This document shows, in pieces, positions 50,026 through 61,240 of a stretch of DNA of 64,000 nucleotides. The notes beneath the pieces were generated by a model. It ran no database searches. It had not been told where the DNA came from and saw only the letters and a program-made list of their open reading frames with translations. Numbering within the stretch: the first letter of the stretch is position 1; each line of letters starts with the position of its first letter. The DNA is from Thermoanaerobaculia bacterium (GTDB lineage Bacteria; Acidobacteriota; Thermoanaerobaculia; Multivoradales; Multivoraceae), in NCBI GenBank assembly GCA_963664405.1, contig OY761158.1, positions 6,016,001-6,080,000 of the forward strand. The letters run 5' to 3'. Both the position numbers and the translations under genes were made by a program.

Positions 50026-52647
50026 CTAGGGCGTCGACCCGGCCGGAGCCGACATAGAAGGGGACGGCAACCCCACCCAGAATGGGCTCGACCATGCCCG
50101 GCCACCGTCGAGCTGTGTAACCCTCACGTAGTAGTAGTCGCTGTCTCCGGGCTCGCCGAGATCGACCCACTCGAACTCGCGGTCGAAGGGCCCTTCGGGA
50201 TCGAGGACATGGACGGTGACGAGATCGGTATGAACGTCGACGGTCAACGGATGCTCGAGCCGGCCGGCCACGAGGTCAGCGAGATCGAGGCGGATCTCGA
50301 TGGCCGGGATGGTCGCCGGCCGTCGCACGGGTACTTGAGCCGTCCCCCGTTCGACGGTCTCCTCCAGGCGAACCACGAAGCGGGTCGAGGGGCTCGCGCC
50401 GTGCAGTCGTAGCAGGAAGCTGTCGCGCCGGCCCCGAGTATCTATTTTGAACAGCACCCGTTCTGCTCCCGTTCCCTCGAGGCGGACGTAGTCCGAAGGG
50501 ACGTTGTAGAGGCCGGTGGTCGCGACGTACAGGCCCGAGCCCGCGACCTCCACTAGGCTCGCACCTTGCACCTCTAGGCTTCCCTTCCATTGACGAAAGC
50601 CCCGCGGGTTGTCGCGCTCGCCCGCCTGTACGACAGTCGAGGACTCGAAGCCGATTTGAACCCATGCGTCGGAACGCAGCGGAGCTGTCAGATAGTCTCG
50701 GCCATACGCGAGCTCCCCATTGCGTACGACATCGATGCGCTCGATCGGCGACGTGCCGGCAACCCGCACCTTGAGCCGCCGCTCGGCACTCGCCGGTTGG
50801 CGGGTACCCATCGCCGATCCGTTGAGCTCGGCCTCGAGCACGATCCGTTCGCCCGACGTGGCATAGGAGCTCATCGACCTCAGCCCGTCGAAGATCGCCC
50901 CCGGCGTGCGCTCGGGCACCCAGAGTGCCGCCAGACCGTCGGATCCGGGTTTGGCGCGATGATCGTCCGAAGCGCCGACGAAGCCGACCATCCAGCCGTT
51001 GCGAAGGTACTCGTTGCCGAACGACTCGAAGCTTCCATGCGCCGAGTGGATCTCCACCGCGCGCTCGAGATCCGGGTCGCTCTGGGTCCAGTCGCCAGAT
51101 TGATGAGCGTGCGGGATCACGATCACGTCTTCCGGGCGGGAAGTGGCGCGCAGCCCACGATAGAGGTCAGCAAGCTGGGGCGCATCGTGGGACCACACTC
51201 GCTCCTGGTCCGGGTTGCGAAAAAATACGTTGTGGTGTCCGCCGAGGGCGCGCTCCACCGTCCACTCGTATCCCAAGAACGCAACGAAGCTCCCGGACTC
51301 TCTGCTGTCCTGGACCAGGCGTGTGACCGTAGCCCACTCGCCAGCGTCCATGGCCGCGTCATGCTCCGAATAGCCCAGAAAGTCGAGGCGCGCGTCCTCC
51401 TGAGCGAAGCGATAAACCTCCTCGGCAGTCCCTTGCCCCTCCGCGTAGCCTGAGTGGACGTGAGTCTCACCCCACACCAGCCGGGTGTCCCCATCGCGGA
51501 CCAGAATCGGGTTCGCAAGAGCACGGTATCGTCGATCCTCCGAGACGATCTCCAAGCGATGCACGCCGGGCTCCGCGAGGCGCAGGTTCTCGACAACGGT
51601 GAGCGCCGGCCCCCCCGCCTCGATCCGCTGCACTCGCTCGCCGCCGCTGAGAACCTCCCAAGCCGGCAGCGGACCGGTAGCGCGGTTCCCCCAACGATCC
51701 TCCGCCCGCACGGTGATCGAGAACGGCTCTCCTGGCGCGACGACGGAGGGCGCGAACGAGCCTACACCCGCGAGCTCCGCGCCCAACACTTCGAGACCCG
51801 GCCAGCGAGAGCTCAGCAGAAGACCGTCGGCGTCCAGGGCGACGTAGATGGGAAGCAAGAGCTCGGCGGTCGAGTAGGGCTGGATCTCGAGACCAGGCCC
51901 TCCCCCCGAAGTATCACCGTAGGTGACGGTGATGGTTTCGCCATCCTCGAGCGTCGCACCCTCGATCTCGAAGGCCGGGCTCGCCGGGCCGGCACCGTGG
52001 ATCGCATTGAGCGCCGCCTCAGTCTTGTTGAAGCGGGCGCTTGGGCTCGAGGAACGAACGGTGACGAAATTCTTGCCCGTCGGGTCGTCGATCTGGAGGC
52101 GGCCCGGAATCGAGGCCGTTCGCTGCATGCCGAGGGCGACCATGCCACCGGGGCGCATCGGCACCGAGCCGACGGTGTAGACCTGCTCGATGGTGGCGAA
52201 GCTCCCAGCAACCAGGGGCCGGGCGTCCGGGAACGAGAGCGTGCCGACTGCTCGCGGGTCGTCGTCTCTCAGCGAGAGCTCGGCGATGTAGTCGTCGAGG
52301 GTCGAGAGCATGTCCCCGGGCGGCGTCTCCGCCAGCGCGACGATCCGGTGGATCGACGCCACCATTCCGGAGAGCAGAACCGGCAGTGGCCCGCCATCCA
52401 GCGCATAGGCGTTCGCCCAGTCCCAGAGGACGTCACAGCGCTCGAGGGCATTCTCGGCGGAGGTCGGCTGGTCGCGAGCCTGCGCCTTCAAGGCGTCTAC
52501 TCGCGCGCGTAGATCCGGGTCGAGGTAGTCGGTGTCGGCTGGGGATCCGCACCCCAGAACGGCCACCACCGCCACCATGGCGCCGGCATGGAGAGCTCGC
52601 CTCCCAAGACAGGGGCCGGTGAGCGCTTCCTTTAGGTTCAATGTCAT
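50026..52647 (-). CDS. DUF3604/PHP-like metal-dependent hydrolase, lipoprotein
   Basis: WGETHVHS, SEHD, GYEWT, GHHN, IPH, GASDDH and YATSG motifs; lipobox VLGC. Confidence 0.78.
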   Translation of the reverse strand: MTLNLKEALTGPCLGRRALHAGAMVAVVAVLGCGSPADTDYLDPDLRARVDALKAQARDQPTSAENALERCDVLWDWANAYALDGGPLPVLLSGMVASIHRIVALAETPPGDMLSTLDDYIAELSLRDDDPRAVGTLSFPDARPLVAGSFATIEQVYTVGSVPMRPGGMVALGMQRTASIPGRLQIDDPTGKNFVTVRSSSPSARFNKTEAALNAIHGAGPASPAFEIEGATLEDGETITVTYGDTSGGGPGLEIQPYSTAELLLPIYVALDADGLLLSSRWPGLEVLGAELAGVGSFAPSVVAPGEPFSITVRAEDRWGNRATGPLPAWEVLSGGERVQRIEAGGPALTVVENLRLAEPGVHRLEIVSEDRRYRALANPILVRDGDTRLVWGETHVHSGYAEGQGTAEEVYRFAQEDARLDFLGYSEHDAAMDAGEWATVTRLVQDSRESGSFVAFLGYEWTVERALGGHHNVFFRNPDQERVWSHDAPQLADLYRGLRATSRPEDVIVIPHAHQSGDWTQSDPDLERAVEIHSAHGSFESFGNEYLRNGWMVGFVGASDDHRAKPGSDGLAALWVPERTPGAIFDGLRSMSSYATSGERIVLEAELNGSAMGTRQPASAERRLKVRVAGTSPIERIDVVRNGELAYGRDYLTAPLRSDAWVQIGFESSTVVQAGERDNPRGFRQWKGSLEVQGASLVEVAGSGLYVATTGLYNVPSDYVRLEGTGAERVLFKIDTRGRRDSFLLRLHGASPSTRFVVRLEETVERGTAQVPVRRPATIPAIEIRLDLADLVAGRLEHPLTVDVHTDLVTVHVLDPEGPFDREFEWVDLGEPGDSDYYYVRVTQLDGGRAWSSPFWVGLPSPSMSAPAGSTP

Positions 52648-52681
52648 CCAATACCTTCCCGCTCCTTCCGTCGCCGGCGGC

Positions 52682-54886
52682 CTAGCGTGACGAACCCCCC
52701 GGCACGCCTTCGAGCACGGTGCGAGATTCGATATGACCCACCAGCTCCTCGGGCTGCCATCAGCTCGGTTTGAGCTGACGATGGCTGAAAGGCCCAGCGG
52801 CTTGATCGCTGTAGTGCGGCGAGTCAGGCCGATCGCTCTGGCCCAGCGGCACATAGATCCAACTGCGTGGCGGGTCGGTCAGGACTACGACCTGGGTCGA
52901 AGTCTGCCCACTCTCACCCCAGACCGTGCCGTCCTCGCGCTCGGGTAGGTAGCGCACCACGCGCAACGTGCTCGTCCCGAGCAGGCCGCTGCCGCCGCCA
53001 CCACCCACCGGCCAGGAGCGGTCGCCTCGGCCGACACGGTGGCGGTCCCCGTAGACGGCGGTGAGGTCACCGTGCTGCCCGACCAAACGACCCGCCGCGG
53101 TCGCGAACGAGCTGAGGAACGCCCGTTCGGCGTCCTCCGTTACGGTCAGCGGCGACCGCGTCTCGCCTTCGACGATCGCATACCAATCGTCGATGCCTGA
53201 TGCGATCTCACGCAACCTCTCCTCGCCGAGGTCCTCGAGCAGCTGACGTCGCCAGAAGTCGTAGACCAGAGCGCCCGTCGAGTCGGCCTCCAGCTTCCGG
53301 TCCCAGCTCAGGATCTCATCGAGCGCCTCGCGGTAGAAGGGGGTGCCGGCTTTCTCACCGGCCAGCTTCTCGTCTGCGCGCCGCAGCGCCTCGATCCAGC
53401 GATCCGCACCATAGGGCACGACGTCGTTGGCGATCGCGATCGCGTCGGCGGCGGTCACCGAGTCGTCTGGCGCCAAGAGCTCCAGCGCCCGCGCCCCACG
53501 TTGGTTTGTCCACCCGGAGAGCTCCGCGCCGTAGGCATGGCTCGCGAAGAGATAGGGAAGGTGATCCTCGGGGTCGAAGGGCGAGTCCACGATCATCGCA
53601 TCGGGCGGAATGTTACAGTTCTGCATATAGCCCTGTTTGGGATTGAGAACTTGAAGGTTGTCGGAGGATGGATGAAAGCCGAGCCATTCAGTCGCCGATG
53701 TCGAGCCATCCACCGGAAGGGACCAGTCGTAGCCCGGAGGGCGGCGCGGGACACGACCGGCGCGGTGGTAGTAAATGTTGCCGGAGGTGTCGGCGACCAT
53801 CACGTTCTGAGAGACCATGGTCTGGGCTCCGAGCCCTCTCACCGCCGCTTGGTAGTCGGTGCCGAAGTTCAGCTCGTGGGTGAGCTCGTTGGCGAACAAG
53901 ACATCGACGTTGGAGATCTTCGCCGCGTAGGCCTTGCCGTCGTGCCGGGCAACGATCGGGCCGTGGTGCGAGAACCACACGGTGTGGCTCTGGGTGGCTG
54001 CGCCCCTGACCTCGATCTCCAGCTGACGCGAGGTCATCGCCCGCCACTGCCCGTCGTAGAGGTAGTGGTGGGGGCGATCGTCGTCCACAACGAGCTCGTA
54101 GACGTCGGCAATGTCCGGGCCGCCCGTGGTGTACGCCCACGCCAGGTGGCGACTGTGTCCGATGGCGATGTAGGGGCCTCCAGCCATGTTGACGCCGCTG
54201 CCCTCGAGCGAGCCGGCGTGGATGCGGAACTCCCACCAGCGGGTCTGCCCATGCCAGCCGAGGTGCGGATCGCTGGCGAGGATAGCAGCGCCCTCCGCCG
54301 AGCGCGACGGGGCGATTGCGAACTGGTTCGAGCCGCGCGATTCCGCGATCGGACCCGCTTGTATTCCAGCCCTGCGCAGGTCGCCGTAGGCCTCGTCCAT
54401 CGCCCAGACGAAGTGGGTGAAACGGCCGACCGCGAGCACCATGGCGGGCTCCGCCTGGCGCCCGCGCCACCACTCGGGCACATCCTCGGGGTGCGCCGCG
54501 TAGTAGTCGTTGATGCCACGCGTAAAGGCCTCGAGTTGCCCGAGATTCTCCGGCTGCAGATCCCCCAGGTGGCTCTTGATCACCGCGTAGTGATCCCAGA
54601 TGCGCCCGCTCAGGTCGAGCTGCACGCCCTCCTCGCCCATCGCGGTGGCGTACTCACCGATGCCCATGAGTAAATTCAGCGCCACCTGCTCCGGGCGGTC
54701 CTCCGTCTGTGCCCAACCCTGGGCGTAGAGTCCATCCGCAACGGTTGGAGCATAGATGTGCGCGATGCCCCAGGTGTCGCGGTAGATCACCGTCTTGTCG
54801 GCATCGGCTCCGCTCCCCGGGAGATCGACGCCGGAGGAGCACCCTAGCAGCAGAGCTGTAAAGCAACCGGCGAAGACTCGTCGCAT
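52682..54886 (-). CDS. Penicillin acylase family (Ntn hydrolase) lipoprotein with a premature TGA at 52760-52762
   Basis: IYRDTWGIAHI, GSNQFA, DPHL and GQS..PDSPHYSDQA motifs. The frame continues past the TGA as WQPEELVGHIESRTVL to TAG 52682. Confidence 0.82.
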
Positions 54887-54915
54887 CCCCTCGGTCCGCC
54901 AGTAACGAAGGCTGC

Positions 54916-56562
54916 TCAATCCTTCCTCCCCTCTCCGTTGCCCGTCGGCGAGCCGCCGAGGCGCCGGCGCGCCAGCTCGCGGGCTCCGGCGTAATCGACT
55001 TTTCCCGACGGCGACCGCCCGATCGATTCCATGAGGAGAACTTCCCTGGGCGCCTTGTAACTGGCGAGTCGGTCTTTGGTCCAGGCGATCAGATCGCCCG
55101 CCTCGGGCGCGCGGCGAGGCTCGGGCTCGACCAGCGCTATAAGGCTCTCGCCGAAGCGTTGGTGGGGAAGGCCCACTACCACTGCGTCGCGCACCTCCGG
55201 GTGCTCCTTGAGCACCTCCTCTACCTCCTCGGGAAACACCTTTTCGCCGCCGGTGTTGATGCACAGCGAGCCTCGGCCCAACAGAGTGATCGACCCATCC
55301 GCCTCCACCGTGGCGTAGTCCCCGGCGACCGCCCACCTCACGCCGTCGTAGACCGGGAAGGTCTGTGCCGACTTCTCTGGATCTTTGTAGTAGCCGACCG
55401 GTATATAGCCACGCACCGCGATCCGACCGACGGTCTTCGAGCCCGGAGCGACCGGCTTGCCCTCATCGTCGAGGACCGCGGAGGAGTCACCAAGCTTGAA
55501 TCTGGCGGTGCGCTCGGTCACCTCGCCGCTGGACTCGGACAGCGCCATCCCGAAAGACTCCGAAGAGCCCAGTGCGTCGAGCAGGAGCACGGACGGGTTG
55601 TAGCGCAGGAGACCACGCTTGACTTCTTCGCTCCACATCGCCCCCGAGGAGGTGATTCCGAAGAGCGAAGACAGGTCCCAGCGGTCGGGATGGGCTGCAA
55701 TGGCCTCCAGTAAGGGGCGGGCGAATGCGTCACCGACAATCACCGTGAGCTCGACCTTGAAGCGGGTGATGGCATCGAGCATCTCGGTCGGGTCGAAACG
55801 CCGCGACTCGAGGGTGACGACGGTGCCGCCGTCGATGAAGGTCGAGATGCCTGTCATCAGGCCGTTGCCGTGCATGAGCGGGCTCGCAGGCAGAGTGACG
55901 CGACCCGGACCTTCTCGTCGCTTTTGCTCGACGACGGCATCCAGCCCGTGGTCGAGGTCGTACGGACCGAGTGGTCGATGGCTGTTGTAGAGCCGGAGGA
56001 AATCGTCGTGCCGCCACATCACCCCCTTCGGCATCCCGGTAGTGCCTCCGGTGTAGAGCAGCAGGAGATCGTCACCGTCGCGCTTCCACGGCGGCGTCGC
56101 CTCGCGGCCACAGTCGGCGAGCTCTTCGAATGGGATCGCCCAATCCGGACAGACGCCGCTCGAGTCGTCGACGCAGATCCAGCTGTGGATCGCCGGCAGT
56201 CGCGAGCGCAACGGCTCGATCTGCTCCGCGAAGGAAGCGTGGAAAAAGACGGCGACGACGTCCGCGTTTTCCCACAGATAGAAGAGCTCGGCTTCCTGAT
56301 ACCGGTAATTCGTATTGACCGGCACCAGCGACGCGATAAAAGCGCCGACCAGGGACTCCATATACTCCGGGCAGTTGTACATGTACTGCGCAACCTTGTC
56401 CTGACGCTTGACCCCTCGCTCGAGGAGGGCTGCGGCGAGTCCGTTCGACCGCCGATAGAGATCGCCCCAGGTGGTACGCCGGGTGCCCTGAATCTGCGCC
56501 ACAGCGTCTGGATGGGCGCGCGCCGACGCTTCGATCAGGTCCGCGAAGCTCAATCCACTCAT
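54916..56562 (-). CDS. Acyl-CoA synthetase (FadD19-like)
   Basis: YTGGTTGMPKGVMW, GYYKDPEKS and INTGGEKVFPEEVE motifs. Confidence 0.9.
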   Translation of the reverse strand: MSGLSFADLIEASARAHPDAVAQIQGTRRTTWGDLYRRSNGLAAALLERGVKRQDKVAQYMYNCPEYMESLVGAFIASLVPVNTNYRYQEAELFYLWENADVVAVFFHASFAEQIEPLRSRLPAIHSWICVDDSSGVCPDWAIPFEELADCGREATPPWKRDGDDLLLLYTGGTTGMPKGVMWRHDDFLRLYNSHRPLGPYDLDHGLDAVVEQKRREGPGRVTLPASPLMHGNGLMTGISTFIDGGTVVTLESRRFDPTEMLDAITRFKVELTVIVGDAFARPLLEAIAAHPDRWDLSSLFGITSSGAMWSEEVKRGLLRYNPSVLLLDALGSSESFGMALSESSGEVTERTARFKLGDSSAVLDDEGKPVAPGSKTVGRIAVRGYIPVGYYKDPEKSAQTFPVYDGVRWAVAGDYATVEADGSITLLGRGSLCINTGGEKVFPEEVEEVLKEHPEVRDAVVVGLPHQRFGESLIALVEPEPRRAPEAGDLIAWTKDRLASYKAPREVLLMESIGRSPSGKVDYAGARELARRRLGGSPTGNGEGRKD

Positions 56563-56648
56563 GAGATCTCCAACGGCGACCGAGATAAGGGCAAGGCCGC
56601 CTGCCACGGATGCATAGCTGCGCAGGTCTTGGTCATGAAATCAGCATC

Positions 56649-57503
56649 TCAGCGAAGGGTGATCGTAGCGTTGCCGAGGACGGCGGAGGGCGGCTCACCA
56701 GCCGTCGCGGTGAGAAGGAGCCTGCCGTTGTCCCGCCATATCGACGTCACGATCGTCTGCCCCGGATAGACCACGCCAGAGAATCTCGCACGATAGCCGG
56801 CAACCCGCTCGACGTCACCGTCCAAAGCGGCGTCGATCACCGCCTTGCAGACGATGCCGTAGGTGCAGAGCCCATGCAGAATGGGCCGCTCGAAGCCGGC
56901 CTTCTTCGCGAACTCGGGATCGACGTGCAGAGGATTCGTATCGCCGCTCAGCCGATAGAGCAGAGCCTGGTGCTCGGCGGTTGGCGTTGAAGAGACGAGG
57001 TCGGGCTCCCGGTCCGGAACCCCGTCGGCCGCGCGAGGGCCCGACTCTCCCCCGAAGCCTCCTTCGTCACGAGCGAAGATCGAGAATCGGTTGGTGAACA
57101 GCGCCTCCCCTCCCTGCTCGTGGGTCACCGTCTCGACGACGATCAGCGCGGCGCTACCCTTGTCCCAGATCTCCGCGATGCGGGCGCGAGTCTCGGTCTT
57201 CGCCTGCGCCGGGATCGGGCGATGCAGCTCCAGCGACTGCTCCCCATGGAGCACGAGCGCGAAGTTGATATCGACACCTGGCGCCCGAGTGAGCCCCCCG
57301 ACAGCGCCGCCTACCGGGATCACGCCAAAACTAGGCAACACCTTCAAGCGGCTCTCGTAGGTGTACTCGAGCTCCTTCGGGTCGCGTGCCTTGCCAACGC
57401 CGGCGCCCACTCCGAGGTGGTAAAGGATCACATCGTTGGCGTTCCAGGAGGTCACCCGCGTTTCCAACTCGGCACCTAGCGCCTTTTCGAGATCGATTGG
57501 CAT
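56649..57503 (-). CDS. MaoC double-hotdog enoyl-CoA hydratase 2
   Basis: LHGEQ, YRLSGDTNPLHVDP and ILHGLCTYG motifs. Confidence 0.9.
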   Translation of the reverse strand: MPIDLEKALGAELETRVTSWNANDVILYHLGVGAGVGKARDPKELEYTYESRLKVLPSFGVIPVGGAVGGLTRAPGVDINFALVLHGEQSLELHRPIPAQAKTETRARIAEIWDKGSAALIVVETVTHEQGGEALFTNRFSIFARDEGGFGGESGPRAADGVPDREPDLVSSTPTAEHQALLYRLSGDTNPLHVDPEFAKKAGFERPILHGLCTYGIVCKAVIDAALDGDVERVAGYRARFSGVVYPGQTIVTSIWRDNGRLLLTATAGEPPSAVLGNATITLR

Positions 57504-57528
57504 CGAGGCTCCTCCCGCTCACGGCTCG

Positions 57529-59580
57529 TCAGTTAGCTGGGTGGGGGCCCGGCGCGCGCCGCGTGGCTGCCCCCCCGGGCTCGTACCAGATCGGGGAGGT
57601 CCAGGCGCGCTCCTGAACCGTCTTGGGTACGGTGGGATCGGCACAGTGTGCCGGCTGGCTCCCAGGGGCAGTCCCGATACATTCATAAGAGCTGTATCGA
57701 CAGCTGGGGTTCTCGACCACCCGGGCGTAATAGAAGGCCCTTTTCGCAGGCTCGAAGTCGGGGTCCCGCCACACCGCGCAGGCAGAAGCAGAACCGGGGC
57801 CGCGCGGGGTACAAGTTTCGAGGTCGACGCTCGCTCCATTGTCGGCCGAGCCCGCGACATCAAGGACGGACTGGCGCGCACGACCCTCGCCGTCGACCCA
57901 CCCCTTGATGATCTGAAGCCGTTGCAGCAGGCTGCCTGGAAGCTCGGCGGTGCCAGGGTCGCGCAGCGCCGAAACGACGAAAATGGGCGCCTCGGCGTGG
58001 TCCGGACGTGGCGGCAGATCTCCCCCCATCGGCACGCCTTCCGCGTACCCGCGCGCGACCATTTGAGCGTCCTCGCACAAGTCGTCCGGGTAGGACCAGC
58101 CGCCGAAGAAGCGAGCGGAAATGCGAGGACCGCTGGTGCCGTAGGTCTCGCGCCGCTTCATGCCGGAGAAGATCGCGTCCCTCGAGTTCTCGGTTGCCCA
58201 TACCGCAACCAGGCCGCCCGGGCTGCGGGTCTTGTCCAAGCTCTGGTAGGCCGCTTCGTCGACCCGGCCCGGGGTGCCGTCATGCGTGTCCGTGCTCCCT
58301 ATGATGCCCAGCTTGTAGGGATTGACACCGATCCGATCGGCCTCCAGCAACCCTTCTGCAAGCACGTTGCGGACGAAGTCCAGGCGCGATACGCATCCTC
58401 CTTTGCCGATCGCGCTGAGGATTCCACCCACCACTGGCTCCCAGTTGCCGCTCCCAGGGTCCACCGCGTCGAAATCACCAGCCGAGGTGTCGCCTCCACC
58501 CTCCGGGCATTCCACGATGGGGAGATGAACAGGCGGGATCTTCTCGAAGTCGCAGAGCTCATCCGCCGCTCCGATCAGCCCACCGAGGCCGTTTCGGCAC
58601 TCCGAGTCGCCCTTGATCTGCATGATCTCGACAAGCGGCTCCATCTGCGCTCTGAAAGCGGCTTGCTCGGCCTGCTCGGCAACGGTGCGGGCCCCCGGAT
58701 ACTCGACCGCAAACATGCGACCGTGGCTATAGTTCGAATTGTGGGGGATGGTCAGCACCTCGCAGCCCCCTTCCGCGTCCGTGCAAGTGGCCTTCAGTTT
58801 TTTCCAGAGCCCCTGGGGTGTCGACTCCTCGACGTAGGTGACCGGCATCGCGGGCACCGACGAGTTGCGGAAGATGACGTTGCGATGAAGATTGTGCCCC
58901 CCAGGGCTCGCGGTGTACTCGTATCCAGCGAAGGTGGTGAAGTGACAGGGGTCGTTCCAGCGCTCGGCGGCCTCGAGCGTCTGCCGCCAAGCGTCCGACA
59001 CGGCGGCGCGGCAGCGGGACCCGTCGGCTCCGCAGATCGAGGCGAAGCGGGCAGGGCGCTGCGATATCAAGAACTGCCCAAGCACAAACATGCGAGTGCG
59101 GGTGCTCACCTTCCCATCTCCATCGCTGCGGTACGCCGAGCAGGCGCTCCTGTCATAGACAGCAGAGGTCGGATCCGTGCAGAGCAAGGTCTCGGCGAGC
59201 AGCTCGCCATGGTCCGTCACCGCGGCAAAGTCGAGCGGTCGGGCGAGGCGCGTGGACGAGCTGCCGATCGCTTCGCGGTCGAGTGCGGACAGACGAGCCT
59301 CGTCTCGTCGAGCGATGGCGTACGCACGATCGGGAGTCACTCGCGTATCGAAGGTCCACGCGTCGAAGGAAAAGGAGGTGTGCACATGCAGGTCGCCGAA
59401 GTAGGGGTTGCGAAGCTCGGTCGCGCCTGGGCAGGCGTCGTTGGCTTGCACCGCAGCCCCCGTCTCTGGGGCGGTTGCTTCCGCCGCCTCGCTGGGCTGT
59501 CTTTCCTCATTCGGGGAAGGCAGGGCCAGCAGGCCAAAGGCGAGACCGAGCGCGAGGACGGCAACGATGAAACCGCGCAT
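57529..59580 (-). CDS. DUF3604 domain protein
   Basis: YFGDLHVHTSFSFDA, DFAAVTDH, NLHRNVIF, IPHNSN, GSTDTH and QERAWTSPIW motifs. Confidence 0.88.
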   Translation of the reverse strand: MRGFIVAVLALGLAFGLLALPSPNEERQPSEAAEATAPETGAAVQANDACPGATELRNPYFGDLHVHTSFSFDAWTFDTRVTPDRAYAIARRDEARLSALDREAIGSSSTRLARPLDFAAVTDHGELLAETLLCTDPTSAVYDRSACSAYRSDGDGKVSTRTRMFVLGQFLISQRPARFASICGADGSRCRAAVSDAWRQTLEAAERWNDPCHFTTFAGYEYTASPGGHNLHRNVIFRNSSVPAMPVTYVEESTPQGLWKKLKATCTDAEGGCEVLTIPHNSNYSHGRMFAVEYPGARTVAEQAEQAAFRAQMEPLVEIMQIKGDSECRNGLGGLIGAADELCDFEKIPPVHLPIVECPEGGGDTSAGDFDAVDPGSGNWEPVVGGILSAIGKGGCVSRLDFVRNVLAEGLLEADRIGVNPYKLGIIGSTDTHDGTPGRVDEAAYQSLDKTRSPGGLVAVWATENSRDAIFSGMKRRETYGTSGPRISARFFGGWSYPDDLCEDAQMVARGYAEGVPMGGDLPPRPDHAEAPIFVVSALRDPGTAELPGSLLQRLQIIKGWVDGEGRARQSVLDVAGSADNGASVDLETCTPRGPGSASACAVWRDPDFEPAKRAFYYARVVENPSCRYSSYECIGTAPGSQPAHCADPTVPKTVQERAWTSPIWYEPGGAATRRAPGPHPAN

Positions 59581-59599
59581 GCCCCCTACCCCTGTCTCA

Positions 59600-60397
59600 T
59601 CAACGATTACGGTACACCGGGGCACGTTTCTCGAAGTAGGCCTTCAGGGCTTCCCTGTGGTCTTCGGACTCGAAGAGCGTGTCGAGCACCTGCATCGCGT
59701 ACTCGTCGAGATGCCGGGGATCCGCACTGAGCCCGTGCCGCACGATGCGCTTGATCGCGCGTTGCGCCATGGGCGTTCCCAAACGCAGCTCGCCGAGGAA
59801 GCTCTCTACCGTTTCTTGCAAGGATTCCTGGGGCACGACCTTCGAGAGGAGGCCGAGCTTCTCCGCTTCCTCGGCCTCGACCGTCCTGCCGGTGAGAAGG
59901 AGCTCGTACGCGCGACTGAGGCCGACGATGCGCGGGAGGTAGTAAAAGCCGGCGATGGTGCCGATCAAGCCCCTACGAACGTAGAGCCATCCGAACTTCG
60001 CCGTGTCCGCACCGATGCGTATGTCGCAGTAAAGGGCAAAGTCCATCCCCAAGCCCACGGCGAGGCCGTTCACCGCTGCGATGACAGGTTTCTCGCAGTC
60101 GATAATGAAGTCTCCTTCGACAACGTGGGGTTTGCGATACCGGTCAAACTCTCGCTCCTTCATCCGTTCCTCGAAATCTTCGGCCGCCCAAACCTGCTTC
60201 ATGTCGTCGCCGGCACAGAACGCCCGGCCGGCCCCGGTGAGCACGATGAATCTCACCTCGGAGTCGCTGTCTGCACTCTTGAAGGCGTCGCGGAGCTCTT
60301 CTCCTGTCTGCCAGCGCAGCGCATTGAGCACCTCGGGCCGATTCATCGTTATCCACGCCGTGTCGTCCTTCACCTCGAAGCGGATGTCCTCGTACAT
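59600..60397 (-). CDS. Enoyl-CoA hydratase/isomerase (crotonase)
   Basis: NRPEVLNAL, FCAGDD and KPVIAAVNGLAVG motifs. Confidence 0.9.
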   Translation of the reverse strand: MYEDIRFEVKDDTAWITMNRPEVLNALRWQTGEELRDAFKSADSDSEVRFIVLTGAGRAFCAGDDMKQVWAAEDFEERMKEREFDRYRKPHVVEGDFIIDCEKPVIAAVNGLAVGLGMDFALYCDIRIGADTAKFGWLYVRRGLIGTIAGFYYLPRIVGLSRAYELLLTGRTVEAEEAEKLGLLSKVVPQESLQETVESFLGELRLGTPMAQRAIKRIVRHGLSADPRHLDEYAMQVLDTLFESEDHREALKAYFEKRAPVYRNR

Positions 60398-60761
60398 AGA
60401 CTCGCTCTCCCCTCAGCGGTAGCGTGCCGCTAAGACTTTCTTCAGTTCGTTGTTGAATTGCATCACTCGCCCACAGCAGACCAGACCGGAGCGTTCGCTG
60501 CGGAGCCGGCAGGATCTTCACCCTCGCCAGCGCAGCCGCTCCTAGGCGCTCGACATCGGACGGTCGAAACGCCAAAGAGAGTAGGACGTTGCGTGAGCAT
60601 CATAGCAATCTGGCATCACTGTCAATTTATTAGTACGCTGCCTGATGGCAAGTCATCGGCCCGCGCAGACAAGGCACGCCCACTGGTCGGACGGAAGAAA
60701 GGCGCGAGCCGCATCGACCTTGCGCAGAACGACAAAGACGTGACAAGGGGGACGATCGCAG

Positions 60762-60956
60762 ATGGACTTCCACGACACCGCAGAGGACGCCGAGCTCCGC
60801 GCCAGAGCCCGCTCGTGGCTAGGTGAGCAATATCGGCCCAACGAAGCGGAAGACGCCGTCTTGTTGGATCGCGAAGACGAACCGCTCGATGTCGAGCGCG
60901 CCAAGGAGTTCCAGGTAAAGCGTGCAGATGCCAAGATCCCGCGGGGCCGCATCTGA
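60762..60956 (+). pseudogene. Acyl-CoA dehydrogenase remnant (large internal deletion)
   Basis: The ACAD N-terminus MDFHDTAEDAELRARARSWL is joined directly to a short KIPRGRI* tail. Confidence 0.55.
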
Positions 60957-61240
60957 TGACCGACACGTCGCTCCTGTTCAGCGTCGAGAATCACGTCGCA
61001 CGAATCACTCTCAATCGTCCCCAGGCTGCGAACTCCCTGAACCTCGACCTTGCCAAGAGTCTGTTTGACGCCGCCGTGACTTGCGACGAAGACTCGGACA
61101 TCCGGGCTGTCGTGTTGACAAGCACCGGGAAGATGTTTTGTGCGGGTGGCGATCTCAAGAGCTTCTGGAAGCACGAGCAGGATCTCGGTCGTCACCTAGA
61201 AGAGGTCGCCGCCCCGCCGAGCCGAGCCATGACATGTTGA
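60956..61240 (+). pseudogene. Enoyl-CoA hydratase 5' fragment
   Basis: ARITLNRPQAANSL...FCAGGDL, then homology is lost at about 61205. Confidence 0.7.

Noticed and set aside
52760-52762. In-frame TGA in the acylase as selenocysteine
   Set aside because: The context KPS*WQPEEL fits a Trp codon mutated from TGG to TGA, not a Cys or redox position, so it is treated as a nonsense change or sequencing error.
57436-59730. Long antisense ORFs (for example 57436-59730, 1097-2245, 21109-22278, 48628-50019, 53501-54673)
   Set aside because: These are shadow frames opposite well-supported genes, expected in high-GC DNA, and carry no motifs.
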